Assembly (NCBI GenBank): GCA_963762785.1
Contig: CAVXND010000079.1
Span: forward strand, 11,638 to 75,637
Direction: 5' to 3'
DNA from: an uncultured beta proteobacterium
GTDB taxonomy: Bacteria > Pseudomonadota > Gammaproteobacteria > Burkholderiales > SG8-39
DNA length: 64,000 bases
Shown here: piece after piece, positions 30,404-44,022 of the stretch
Layout of the letters: every line of letters begins with the position of its first letter
Numbering within the stretch: position 1 is the first letter of the stretch
Notes under the pieces: generated by a model
What the model was told of the DNA's origin: nothing
Databases searched by the model: none
Seen by the model: the letters and a program-made list of their open reading frames with translations, nothing else
Program-made: the position numbers and the translations under genes

Positions 30404-31954
30404 TCAGGGCGTCGTGCCGTGCTGCGGGTTCAGTCGCTCGCCGCTGGCGAGCTTGTTGAGCGCGCTCACGTAGGCCTTGGCCGACGCGACGATGATGTCC
30501 GTGTCGGCGCCGACGCCGTTCACGATCCGCCCGCCCTTCGCGAGCCGCACCGTCACCTCGCCCTGCGACTCGGTGCCCTGCGTCACCGCGTTCACCGAGT
30601 AGAGCAGCAGCTCGGACCCGCTCTTCGCGACGCTCTCGATCGCCTTGAACGTGGCGTCCACCGGTCCGTCGCCGTTCGATTCGGCGCGGCGCTCGGCGCC
30701 GCCCTCGTTCAGCACGATCGTCGCGTGGGGCCGCTCGCCGGTGCCGCTCGCCTGCTGCATCGAGACGAGATGCCAGTGCTCGCGCTGCGCGGTCGCCGCC
30801 TCGTCGGAGACCAGCGCGTGGATGTCCTCGTCGAAGATGTCGGCCTTCTTGTCGGCGAGGTCCTTGAACCGCTGGAACGCGATGTTCACCGCGTCCTCGC
30901 TCTCGAGGTCGATCCCGAGCTCCTTCAGGCGCTGCTTGAACGCGTTGCGGCCGGAGAGCTTGCCGAGCACGATCTTGTTCGTCGTCCAGCCGACGTCCTC
31001 CGCCTGCATGATCTCGTAGGTCTGGCGCGCCTTGAGCACGCCGTCCTGGTGGATGCCGGACGCGTGCGCGAAGGCGTTCGCGCCCACGACCGCCTTGTTC
31101 GGCTGCACCACGAACCCGGTGATCTGCGACACGAGCCGCGAGGCCGGCACGATCTGGGTGGTGTCGATCCGCGTTTCCAGCCCGAACACGTCGCGGCGGG
31201 TCTTGACCGCCATCACCACCTCCTCGAGCGAGGTGTTGCCGGCGCGCTCGCCGAGGCCGTTGATCGTGCACTCGATCTGCCGCGCGCCGCCGACCATCAC
31301 GCCGGCGAGCGAGTTCGCCACCGCCATGCCGAGATCGTTGTGGCAATGCACCGACCACGTCGCCTTGTCCGAGTTCGGGATCTTCGCGCGCAGGGTGCGG
31401 ATGAACTCGCCGAACAGCTGCGGCACGGCGTAGCCGACGGTATCGGCGATGTTGATCGTCGTCGCGCCCTCCTTGATCACCGCCTCGAGCACGCGGCAGA
31501 GGAAATCGACGTCCGACCGGCTCCCGTCCTCCGGGCTGAACTCCACGTCCGGACAGTGGTTGCGCGCGAACTTCACCGCCAGGCGCGACGCCTCGAGCAC
31601 CTGCTCCGGCGTCATGCGGAGCTTCTTCTCCATGTGCAGCGCGCTGGTCGCGATGAACGTGTGGACGCGCCAGGCCTTCGCGCCCTTGAGCGCCTCGACG
31701 CCGCGCGAGATGTCGCGGTCGTTGGCGCGGCAGAGGCCGGCGACGACGGAGTCCTTGATCGTGTTCGCGATGGCGCGCACGGCGTCGAAGTCGCCGTTCG
31801 ACGCGGCGGGGAAGCCGGCCTCGATCACGTCGACGCGCAGTCGCTCGAGCTGCTTGGCGATGCGCAGCTTCTCCTCGCGGGTCATGGATGCGCCGGGGCT
31901 CTGCTCGCCGTCGCGGAGCGTCGTGTCGAAGATGATCAGCCGGTTGTTGCTCAT
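30404..31954 (-). CDS. leuA: 2-isopropylmalate synthase
   Basis: ORF 30404..31954 is intact: [20 protein letters not shown]..., [16 protein letters not shown], and a C-terminal LeuA dimer/regulatory domain. Confidence 0.93.
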   Translation of the reverse strand: MSNNRLIIFDTTLRDGEQSPGASMTREEKLRIAKQLERLRVDVIEAGFPAASNGDFDAVRAIANTIKDSVVAGLCRANDRDISRGVEALKGAKAWRVHTFIATSALHMEKKLRMTPEQVLEASRLAVKFARNHCPDVEFSPEDGSRSDVDFLCRVLEAVIKEGATTINIADTVGYAVPQLFGEFIRTLRAKIPNSDKATWSVHCHNDLGMAVANSLAGVMVGGARQIECTINGLGERAGNTSLEEVVMAVKTRRDVFGLETRIDTTQIVPASRLVSQITGFVVQPNKAVVGANAFAHASGIHQDGVLKARQTYEIMQAEDVGWTTNKIVLGKLSGRNAFKQRLKELGIDLESEDAVNIAFQRFKDLADKKADIFDEDIHALVSDEAATAQREHWHLVSMQQASGTGERPHATIVLNEGGAERRAESNGDGPVDATFKAIESVAKSGSELLLYSVNAVTQGTESQGEVTVRLAKGGRIVNGVGADTDIIVASAKAYVSALNKLASGERLNPQHGTTP

Positions 31955-32044
31955 GGTCGCCTCCCGAGAAAGGCCTGAAGTTGGGTCCCGCAGCGCGCGA
32001 TGACGCGCTGCGACGAAACAAACCGAATTGGGGGAAGAGGTGTG

Positions 32045-32125
32045 CTAGCGCGCGGGGCGCAGCAGCAGCCCGAGCAGCAGGCTGCGGAGAAGCAGGAGCG
32101 TCAGCGGAAGCGCTTGACGTGGCAT
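32045..32125 (-). CDS. Candidate leuA leader peptide (26 aa, 12 Leu)
   Basis: MPRQALPLTLLLLRSLLLGLLLRPAR* is the tail of the mis-fused ORF 32045..32953. It lies in the 236-bp pssA-leuA spacer, immediately downstream of a sigma70-type promoter, and is followed by the GC-rich hairpin CGCAGCGCG-ucaucg-CGCGCUGCG. Confidence 0.45.
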   Translation of the reverse strand: MPRQALPLTLLLLRSLLLGLLLRPAR

Positions 32126-32132
32126 GGCCCGG

Positions 32133-32162
32133 ACTATAGCGGCAAACCGGCCGGGCCTGCAA
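32133..32162 (-). promoter_or_regulatory. sigma70-type promoter of the leuA leader
   Basis: Minus strand TTGCAG (32162-32157), 18 nt, TATAGT (32138-32133). The -10 ends 7 nt before the leader ATG, so the transcript may be leaderless. Confidence 0.45.
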
Positions 32163-32190
32163 GGCCCCCGCCGCGGTGGCGCCGCCGGCG

Positions 32191-32953
32191 CTAAAACGCC
32201 GACCGGGACTTGCGGAACTTCCAGACCCAGATCACGTACCCGGAGAGCGCGTACGCGACGAAGAGACCGAACAGCACCATCGGCGGGTTCGCCGACACGA
32301 GGATCAGCCCGAGCACGATCACCAGCACCGCCCAGAACGGGACGCTGCGGCGGAAGTTGATGTCCTTGAAGCTGTAGAACGGGACGCTGGTCACCATGGT
32401 GACCGCGGCGAACAGCGTCACGACGCAGGCGAGGCCGAACAGCCACTCGGTCCGCTGCAGATCGAAGTCGTCGATGATCCAGACGAACCCGGCGACCAGC
32501 GCCGCCGCCGCCGGGGACGGCAGGCCCTGGAAGTAGCGCTTGTCGACGACTTCGGTGTTGCACGTTGAAGCGCGCGAGCCGGAGCGCGGTGGCGGCGCAA
32601 TACGCGAACGCCGCGATCCAGCCGAGGCGCCCCAGGGGCCGCAGCGCCCACTCGTACATCACGAGCGCCGGCGCCGCGCCGAAGGCAACGACGTCGGCGA
32701 GGCTGTCGTACTCGGCGCCGAACTCGCTCTGGGTGCGCGTGAGCCGCGCAACCCGCCCGTCGAGGCCGTCGAGCACCATCGCGACGAAGATCGCGATCGC
32801 CGCGTGCTCGTAGCGCGTGTTCATCGCCTGGACGATGGCGTAGAAGCCGCCGAACAGCACCCCGGTCGTGAACAGGTTCGGCAGGATGTAGATCCCGCGC
32901 CGGCGGAGCGTGCCCCGCAGCAGGCCCTTGCGCGGCGGGTGCATCTCGGCCAT
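32191..32953 (-). CDS. pssA: CDP-diacylglycerol-serine O-phosphatidyltransferase; one apparent +1 shift near 32560
   Basis: ...LPNLFTTGVLFGGFYAIV...VLDGLDGRVARLTRTQSEFGAEYDSLADVV (CDP-alcohol transferase motif)...LRLARFNV|NTEVVDKRYFQGLPSPAAAALVAGF... continues into ORF 32191..32421 (...VTMVTSVPFYSFKDINF...). Confidence 0.82.
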
Positions 32954-32956
32954 GGT

Positions 32957-34693
<1,737 letters not shown>

Positions 34694-35185
34694 TTAGACC
34701 CTGAGGACCCGCTCGCCGCGGGCGATGCCGGAGGCGCCGGTGCGGACGGTCTCGAGGATCGCGGTCTTGTCGAGCGCCTCGATGAACGCGTCGAGCTTCG
34801 AGCCGGTGCCGGTGAGCTCGATCGTGTAGGTCGTCTCGGTGACGTCGAGGATGCGGCCGCGGAAGATGTCGGCCATGCGCTTCATCTCTTCGCGATCCTT
34901 GCCGGTCGCCCGCACCTTGATCAGCATCAGCTCGCGCTCGATGTGCGGCGCCTCGGAGAGATCGACCACTTTCACGACCTCGATCAGCTTGTTCAGCTGC
35001 TTGGTGATCTGCTCGATCACGTCGTCGGAGCCGACGGTGACGATCGTCATGCGCGAGAGCGACGCGTCCTCGGTCGGCGCGACCGTCAGCGACTCGATGT
35101 TGTAGCCCCGCGCCGAGAAGAGGCCCGCCACGCGCGACAGCGCGCCGGCCTCGTTCTCGAGCAGGATGGAGATGATGTGGCGCAT
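34694..35185 (-). CDS. ilvH: Acetolactate synthase small (regulatory) subunit
   Basis: ORF 34694..35251. The homology-consistent start is MRHIISILLENEAGALSRVAGLFSARGYNIESLTVAPTED at ATG 35185; 35251 and 35191 are alternatives. Confidence 0.88.
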   Translation of the reverse strand: MRHIISILLENEAGALSRVAGLFSARGYNIESLTVAPTEDASLSRMTIVTVGSDDVIEQITKQLNKLIEVVKVVDLSEAPHIERELMLIKVRATGKDREEMKRMADIFRGRILDVTETTYTIELTGTGSKLDAFIEALDKTAILETVRTGASGIARGERVLRV

Positions 35186-35273
35186 CGCCATCGGCTCGCC
35201 GGTCGGCAGCGTGTACGGGCTCGCGCCCGGCGGAGAGGTAGGAGCGTTCATCGTCGTTGTCCGGCGCGCCCGC

Positions 35274-37007
35274 TCACAGCTCTTCGGCGAGGATCATCTC
35301 GGAGATCCCCTTCCCGCCCGGGACCATCGGGAACACGTTCTCCGTCTGGTCGGTGACGAAGTCCAGGAACACGAGCTCGTTCTTCCGGGCGAACGCGTCG
35401 CGCAGCGCCGGCTCGACGTCCTCCGGACGCTCGACGAGCACGCCGCGGTGACCGTAGCCCTCCGCGAGCTTGACGAAGTCCGGCAGCGCGTCCATGTAGG
35501 ACTCGGAATAGCGGTTGCCGTGGAAGAACTCCTGCCACTGGCGCACCATGCCCATGTAGCGGTTGTTCAGGTTGACGACCTTGATCGGCAGGCGGTACTG
35601 CTTGCAGGTCGAGAGCTCCTGCAGGCACATCTGGATGCTCGACTCGCCGGTGACGCACGCGACCGTCGCGCCCGGATTGGCGAACTGCGCGCCCATCGCC
35701 GCGGGCAGGCCGAAACCCATCGTGCCGAGGCCGCCGGAGTTGATCCAGCGCTTCGGCCGGTCGAACTTGTAGAACTGCGCCGCCCACATCTGGTGCTGGC
35801 CGACGTCGGAGGTCACGAACGCCTCGCCCTTCGTCACCTCGTACAGCTTCTCGATGACGAACTGCGGCTTGATCACCTTCGACGAGCGGTCGTAGCGCAG
35901 GCAGTCCTTCGCCCGCCACTCGGCGATCTGCGCCCACCACGCGGCGAGCGCGCGCTGATCGACCTTCTGCGTCTGGCCCTCGAGCTGCTTCAGGAGCTCG
36001 TCGAGCACCTCGCGCACGTTGCCGACGATCGGGATGTCGACCTTGACGCGCTTCGAGATCGAGGACGGGTCGATGTCGGCGTGGATGATCCGGCGCGGCA
36101 CCTGCCCGAAGTGCTTCGGGTTGCCGATCACGCGGTCGTCGAACCGCGCGCCGACCGCGAGCAGCACGTCGCAGTGCTGCATCGCCATGTTCGCCTCGTA
36201 CGTGCCGTGCATGCCGAGCATGCCGAGGAACTGCTTGTCGGTCGCCGGGTAGCCGCCGAGGCCCATCAGCGTGTTCGTGCAGGGGAAGCCGAGCGCCTGG
36301 ACGAGCCGCGCGAGCTGCGGCGCGGCGTCGGACAGGATCACCCCGCCGCCGGTGTACACCATCGGCCGCTTCGCCTCGAGGAGCAGCTGGACCGCTTTCT
36401 TGATCTGCCCGGGGTGTCCCTTCACCGTCGGGTTGTAGGAGCGCATGCCCACCGTCTCCGGGTACTCGAACCGGCAGGTCTGGGTGGTGACGTCCTTCGG
36501 GATGTCGACCAGCACCGGCCCGGGCCGGCCGGTCCGGGCGATGTGGAACGCCTTCTTGATCGTCGGCGCGAGGTCCCTCACGTCCTTCACCAGGAAGTTG
36601 TGCTTGACGCACGGCCGGGTGATGCCCACCGTGTCGCACTCCTGGAACGCGTCGAGCCCGATGGCGTGGGTCGGGACCTGCCCGCTGATGATCACCATCG
36701 GGATCGAGTCCATGTACGCCGTCGCGATCCCGGTGACCGCGTTGGTGACGCCGGGCCCGGAGGTCACCAGGCAGACGCCGACCTTGTTGCTCGCCCGGGA
36801 ATAGCCGTCCGCAGCGTGGGCCGCGCCCTGCTCGTGGCGGACCAGCACGTGCTTGACCTTGTCCTGCTTGAAGAGCTCGTCGTAAATGAAGAGCACCGCC
36901 CCGCCGGGATAGCCGAACACGACTTCCACGCCTTCGGCCTGCAGGCAGTGGATGACGATCTCGGCGCCGGTGAGTTCGGGCACGGCGAGCTTCGTGCCTG
37001 GGTCCAT
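35274..37007 (-). CDS. ilvI: Acetolactate synthase large (catalytic) subunit
   Basis: ORF 35274..37007 is intact: ...GYPGGAVLFIYD..., the ThDP motif GGLGTMGFGLPAAMGA and ...NLNNRYMGMVRQWQ. Confidence 0.92.
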   Translation of the reverse strand: MDPGTKLAVPELTGAEIVIHCLQAEGVEVVFGYPGGAVLFIYDELFKQDKVKHVLVRHEQGAAHAADGYSRASNKVGVCLVTSGPGVTNAVTGIATAYMDSIPMVIISGQVPTHAIGLDAFQECDTVGITRPCVKHNFLVKDVRDLAPTIKKAFHIARTGRPGPVLVDIPKDVTTQTCRFEYPETVGMRSYNPTVKGHPGQIKKAVQLLLEAKRPMVYTGGGVILSDAAPQLARLVQALGFPCTNTLMGLGGYPATDKQFLGMLGMHGTYEANMAMQHCDVLLAVGARFDDRVIGNPKHFGQVPRRIIHADIDPSSISKRVKVDIPIVGNVREVLDELLKQLEGQTQKVDQRALAAWWAQIAEWRAKDCLRYDRSSKVIKPQFVIEKLYEVTKGEAFVTSDVGQHQMWAAQFYKFDRPKRWINSGGLGTMGFGLPAAMGAQFANPGATVACVTGESSIQMCLQELSTCKQYRLPIKVVNLNNRYMGMVRQWQEFFHGNRYSESYMDALPDFVKLAEGYGHRGVLVERPEDVEPALRDAFARKNELVFLDFVTDQTENVFPMVPGGKGISEMILAEEL

Positions 37008-37237
37008 CTCAACCCCTATTCTGTTGAATATTTGGTGAAAACTGCGGGAAAACCATGGAAGTTAAAGGCTCACTGCGGTTTGGTCAAGCATCGCGGCAGG
37101 AGCGCCATCGGGGCCCGTCGTCGTCCCCGCTCCGGGCACGGACCGGTTCGCGCCGAACCCCATTTGATACTATCGCGCGCCATCCTCCTCCCAGCGGGTC
37201 GTGCGCGCTGCGGCGCGCCTAGAAAAGGGACCCACCC

Positions 37238-37804
37238 CTGGCCTCGCGCAGCGAACTCTCCGAGTTTCTCGCCGGCGTCGAACGCCGCGCCTTCAAGCAG
37301 GCGCTGTTCGCCGTCCGCGACCAGGAGGCCGCGCTCGACATCGTCCAGGACGCGATGATGCGGCTCGCGGAGCGTTACGGCGACAAGCCCCCCGCCGAGC
37401 TGCCGCTCCTCTTCCAGCGCATCCTCCAGAACGCGATCCGTGATTTTTTCCGCAGGCGGAAGGTGCGCTCGCTCTGGACAACGCTCCTGTCCGCGCTTAC
37501 ACCGCATCGTGACGACGAGGACGCCGACCCGCTGGAAACTTTGGAAATAGCCGCCGGTCCTACCCGGGACGGCGGTCCGGACGCCCAGCTGGAGCAGGCA
37601 CAACTCCTTGATTTGATTGAAAAGGAGATCCGGAAGCTCCCCGCCCGTCAACGCGAGGCGTTTCTCCTTCGTTACTGGGAGGAATTGGACGTGGCCGAAA
37701 CCGCTGCCGTCATGGGATGCTCCGAGGGCAGCGTCAAGACGCATTGCTCACGCGCTGCGCACACCTTGGCGGCCGCGCTCAAGGCCAGAGGCATCGAGCT
37801 GTGA
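37238..37804 (+). CDS. ECF-type RNA polymerase sigma factor; apparent CTG at the expected start
   Basis: The frame of ORF 37355..37804 extends upstream to the TAG at 37220. (L/M)ASRSELSEFLAGVERRAFKQALFAVRDQEAALDIVQDAMMRLAERYGDK... is the usual N-terminus of this sigma family. There is no ATG/GTG/TTG in frame before 37355. AAGGGA lies 7 nt upstream of CTG 37238. Region 4: REAFLLRYWEELDVAETAAVMGCSEGSVKTHCSRA. Confidence 0.72.
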   Translation: MASRSELSEFLAGVERRAFKQALFAVRDQEAALDIVQDAMMRLAERYGDKPPAELPLLFQRILQNAIRDFFRRRKVRSLWTTLLSALTPHRDDEDADPLETLEIAAGPTRDGGPDAQLEQAQLLDLIEKEIRKLPARQREAFLLRYWEELDVAETAAVMGCSEGSVKTHCSRAAHTLAAALKARGIEL

Positions 37805-38204
37805 ACGAGTCGGAACTCGCCCGGACCGTCATCAGGGCACTGAACACCGGCCTCGGGCTGTCGCCCGAGGCTGACCGCGCGCCTGAAGGTCGCCCGGGAG
37901 CACGCGCTCGAGCGCCATCGGGTACCCGTAGGCGAGGTTGCGCTCGCCGGGGCCGGACGGGGTAGCGCCTTGATGGGCAGCCCAAGCTACTTCCTCACCC
38001 GGATCCTGCTCCCCGCCGCATTCCTCGTTGCGGCGGCGATCGGCCTCCAGCAGTGGCAGGAAGCCCAGCGCGCGCGCAAGCCAGCTCGCGCAGCGGGCCG
38101 CGGAGATCGAGGAGGTCGACAGCGGTCTCCTCACCGGCGACCTCCCGATCAAGGCCTATCTCGACGAGGACTTCCAGGCATGGCTAAAGCGCACCTCGGA
38201 ATAG
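37801..38204 (+). CDS. DUF3619-family membrane protein (putative sigma partner); two apparent +1 shifts (37870-37882, 38081)
   Basis: GTG 37801 overlaps the sigma stop (GTGA). VNESELARTVIRALNTGLGLSPE...|...LKVAREHALERHR...SPSYFLTRILLPAAFLVAAAIGLQQWQEAQRARK|QLAQRAAEIEEVDSGLLTGDLPIKAYLDEDFQAWLKRTSE*. Confidence 0.55.
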
Positions 38205-38755
38205 CCCTCGCGCTCTGCCTCGGCTTTTCCGTCGCCAACGCCCAGTCCAGCAAGCAGAACCCCTCCTGGGGGCAGCTCACCCCGGAGCAGCAGAAGATCC
38301 TTGCCCCGATCCAGGGCGAGTGGGACAAGCTCGACGCCGCTGCGCAAGCAGAAGTGGATCGTCGATCACGCAGCGTTACCCCAAGATGAGCGCCGAGGAG
38401 CAGGCGCGGCTGCAGAAGCGCATGCAGGAGTGGGCGACCCTGACGCCCGACCAGCGCCGCGCCGCGCGCGACAAGTACCGGGAGTTCGAGCAGCTGCCCC
38501 CCAACGGAACGCCAGGCGATCCGCGAGAAGTGGGACCAGTACAAGCAGGAGCTCGCCCAGAAGCCGCCGGCCGCTCCCGCCCAGGAGTCGAGCCCGCCCG
38601 CCGAAAGCGCTCCCGCCGAGGGTACCCAGCCGGCGGACGGCACCCAGCCCGCCCGCGGCGCCCCGCCCGCCACGAGCAACCAGCCCGCCGCGGGCACCAC
38701 CCAGCCCGTAGCGGCAACCCCCTCCCCCCCAGCAGTAACCGCTCTCCTCGCATGA
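38180..38755 (+). CDS. DUF3106-family secreted protein; three apparent +1 shifts (near 38341, 38364, 38500)
   Basis: Signal MAKAHLGIALALCLGFSVANA. Repeats SWGQLTPEQQKILAPIQGEWDKLDAA|RKQKWIV|ITQRYPKMSAEEQARLQKRMQEWATLTPDQRRAARDKYREFEQLPP|TERQAIREKWDQYKQEL, then a Pro/Ala/Gln-rich tail. The stop overlaps the next ATG (ATGA). Confidence 0.6.
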
Positions 38756-39321
38756 CGCCGGCCGGCGGAGCGGGAACGCCGTCGTGCACCGCCGCGCCGC
38801 TCGTGCGGCGACTCGCGGCGATGGTCTACGAGGGGCTCGTCGTGGTGGCGATCCTGCTGATCGCGAGCTTCCCGTTCGCCGGCGCCGCGACCGGCCGCCT
38901 GCAGGGTGTCACCCAGCATCTGTTCCAGTGCTATCTCTTCCTCGTCGTCGGGCTCTACTTCGTCTGGTGCTGGCGCCGCGGCGGACAGACGCTGCCGATG
39001 AAGGCCTGGAAGCTGCGGGTGGTCGACGCGCACGGCGCGCCGCTCGCGACCTCGCGGGCGATCCTCCGCTACGTGGTCGCGGCGCTCGCGCTCGGCTCGA
39101 GCGCGGTCGCGGCGATCGTCCTCCTGCGGTATCCGCGGGAGCTCGCCGCCTGGCTCGCCCTCGCGCCCGGCCTGGCGACGATCCTCTGGAGCGCGGTCGA
39201 TCGCGACCGGCAGTTCCTCCACGACCGGCTCGCCGGAACCCGGATCGTCCGGGCCGAACCGCTCAGCGCCGCTCCACCCACCACATCATCGCCACCGCCG
39301 CGAGCAGGAACAGCGCGCTAG
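38752..39321 (+). CDS. RDD-family membrane protein
   Basis: ATG 38752 lies inside ORF 38320..39321: ...RRLAAMVYEGLVVVAILLIASF...GQTLPMKAWKLRVVDAHGAPL...FLHDRLAGTRIV. The 3' end overlaps convergent lptG by 59 nt. Confidence 0.65.
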   Translation: MTPAGGAGTPSCTAAPLVRRLAAMVYEGLVVVAILLIASFPFAGAATGRLQGVTQHLFQCYLFLVVGLYFVWCWRRGGQTLPMKAWKLRVVDAHGAPLATSRAILRYVVAALALGSSAVAAIVLLRYPRELAAWLALAPGLATILWSAVDRDRQFLHDRLAGTRIVRAEPLSAAPPTTSSPPPRAGTAR

Positions 39322-40338
39322 GCGCCACCGCGGCCGCGAACGGCGGCCAGCGCTCGAGCACGGCGATGTGCGAGAAGAGCGTGTTCAGGAAGTGGAAGAG
39401 CACGCCGATCATCAGCCCGGCGAAGAGCTTCACCCCGACCCCGCCGTGGCGGACCTGGACGTACGCGAACGGCAGCGCGAGCGCCATCATCACGAGCGCG
39501 GCGAACGGGTAGACGAGCTTCTTCCACAGGGCGATCTCGTAGCGTTCGCTCCGCTGCTTGTTGGCCTCGAGGTGCTGCGTGTACTGGTACAGCCCCCACG
39601 CCGACAGCTTCTCCGGCACCACCAGCAGCACGTTGAGCATGTCGGGCGTCACGACCGACGCCCACTCGAGGGTCGGCAGCGTGCGCACCTTCGCGCCGTC
39701 GTCGCCGAACTGGGTCTGCGTGACGGCTGCGAGCTGCCACTTGTTCGCGCCCGCGTAGCGGCCGCTCGTCGCCTGGCTGATCGAGAGCAGGCGGAAGTCC
39801 CGGTCGAAGTCGTAGATCTTCACGCCCTTCAAGCGTGGCGTCGGGCGACACCTCGCCGATGTTCACGAACTGCGTGTCCGACTTGACCCACAGCCCGGTG
39901 CGGAGGTCCGAGCTGACCGAGGCGCCGAGGCGGTCGAGCCGCAGGCGCTGCGCCGCCCGCTCCGACACCGGTCCGACGAGCTCGCCGAAGACGACCGCAA
40001 GCAGCACGAACACCATGCCGATGCGGGCGAGCGTGCCCGCCGCCTGCAGCGGCGACAGGCCGGAGACGCGCATCACCGTGTACTCGCTGTTCGCCGCGAG
40101 CGTCGACAGCGCGACCAGCGTGCCGATGAGCACCGCGATCGGGAAGAGCTCGTAGACGTGCCCGCCCACCGACAGCAGGACGTAGCGCGAACGCATGCAC
40201 CAGGCGGTAGCCGCCCTTGCCGACGTCGTCGAGCTCGTTGATCAGGTCGAAGAACATGAAGAGCGAAAGGAACGCGAGGAAGACGAACGCCGTCGCCTTG
40301 TAGATCTCGCGCGCGAGATAGCGGGTGATCGTCCTCAT
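39263..40338 (-). CDS. lptG: LPS export ABC permease LptG; two apparent +1 shifts (near 40186, 39831)
   Basis: MRTITRYLAREIYKATAFVFLAFLSLFMFFDLINELDDVGKGGYRLVHAFA|YVLLSVGGHVYELFPIAVLIGTLVALSTLAANSEYTVMRVSGLSP...SPDATL|KGVKIYDFDRDFRLL...WVERR*. 358 codons after correction. Confidence 0.82.
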
Positions 40339-41418
40339 CGCCGCAGCCAGAGCTTGAACCCGAGGGTGTTGCGCCAGAGGAACAGGAACGCGATCAGGCC
40401 GAGCATCGCCGACGTGCAGCACCCACCAGCCGACCTCGAACCGGACGCGCCCCTGCGCGACCCACGCCTGCACGATGCTGAGCAGGTTGCTGTAGACCAT
40501 GTAGGCGAACACGGCGAAGATCAGGTTCACCGACCGGCTCGCGCGCGGGTTCACGAACGCGAGCGGGATCGCGAGCAGCGACAGGTTCAGCGCGACCAGC
40601 GGCAGCCCGATGCGCCACATCAGCTCGGCGCGCAGCTCCCGGTCCCTCGACTCGAGCAGCTCGAGCGTCGAGGCGGTCTTCGGGCGCTGCGAGGCCGCGC
40701 GCGCCTCCTTCGCCTTGATCCGCGCGGCGTAGCGCTCGAACTCGGTCACGCGGTACTCGCCGGTGCCCGGGATGCCGTCGTACTGCCGCCCGTTCAGCAG
40801 CACCGCGAAGCGGTCGCCGTTCTCCGCCGACTCGATGAAGCCTTCGCGGCTCACCGTCACGCCGCTCCGGCCGCGCTTGTTGCTGGCGATGAACACGTTG
40901 CGGACGACGTTCTCCGTCGCCGTCGACGGCCTCGACGAAGAACACCCGCTCGGCGTTCGACGGACTCGCGGAACACGCCCGGGGCGATGCGCGCGACGTC
41001 CTCGCGGCTCTCGAGGTTGCGGCGGTACTCGTCGGCCCTTGCCGTTCGCCCACGGCGTCAGGAAGAGCGCGAGCAGCGTGATCAGGAGCACGATCGGCGC
41101 GGCGAAGATCAGCACCGGCTTCACCCACGCGGTGAGCGGCAGCCCGGACGCGGACCACACGACCATCTCCGAGTCGCGGTAGCTGCGCGAGACGGCCATC
41201 AGCACCGACACGAACAGCGTCAGCGCGAAGAGGATCGGGAGGTAGTTGAGCGCGGTGAAGCCGAGCAGGGCGAGGATCGCATCCGACGGGAGCTTGCCGC
41301 CGGCCGCGCGCGCGAGCATCCGCACGAGCTGGCTGGTGACGGTGATCGCGAACAGCACCGAGAACACGGCCGCCGCGTAGTTGCCGACTTCGCGCAGCAG
41401 GGAGCGCTGGAAGATCAC
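40335..41418 (-). CDS. lptF: LPS export ABC permease LptF; four apparent +1 shifts (near 41037, 40961, 40914, 40410)
   Basis: MIFQRSLLREVGNYAAAVFSVLFAITVTSQLVRMLARAAGGKLP...TPWANGK|ADEYRRNLESREDVARIAPGVFRES|SNAERVFFVEAVDGDG|ENVVRNVFIASNKRG...WWVLHV|AMLGLIAFLFLWRNTLGFKLWLRR*. The stop overlaps the lptG ATG (ATGA). 360 codons after correction. Confidence 0.78.
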
Positions 41419-41492
41419 CGGTCGGTCCGGAGTGCGGTCATCGTGGCGGTGGACAGGCGGATGCGTCGGGTGGTTCCCGACGATCGCCGGCT

Positions 41493-41522
41493 TTGACGCG
41501 GGCGATTCGGAGCGGGGATAAT
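41493..41522 (+). promoter_or_regulatory. Possible sigma70-type promoter of pepA
   Basis: TTGACG (41493-41498), 18 nt, GATAAT (41517-41522), 70 nt upstream of the TTG start. Confidence 0.4.
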
Positions 41523-41592
41523 CCGACTCGCCTCGGCGGGCACGACGTCGCGAGGACGCTCCAGAGGGATCGAACGTTCAAGGGAGAGTCGA

Positions 41593-44010
<2,418 letters not shown>

Positions 44011-44022
44011 ACCGCGCGCCGC

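Noticed and set aside
37070-37184. A 37-codon ORF ([37 protein letters not shown]) with a perfect GGAGGAGG before its ATG, upstream of ilvI. It was considered as an ilv leader peptide.
   Set aside because: It has no Val/Ile/Leu run. Its third-position GC is clearly lower than in real genes here, and it overlaps the most plausible ilvI promoter (TTGACC-17-TAACTT). It is probably non-coding. The 15-codon ORF MVFPQFSPNIQQNRG just before ilvI is likewise not branched-chain rich.
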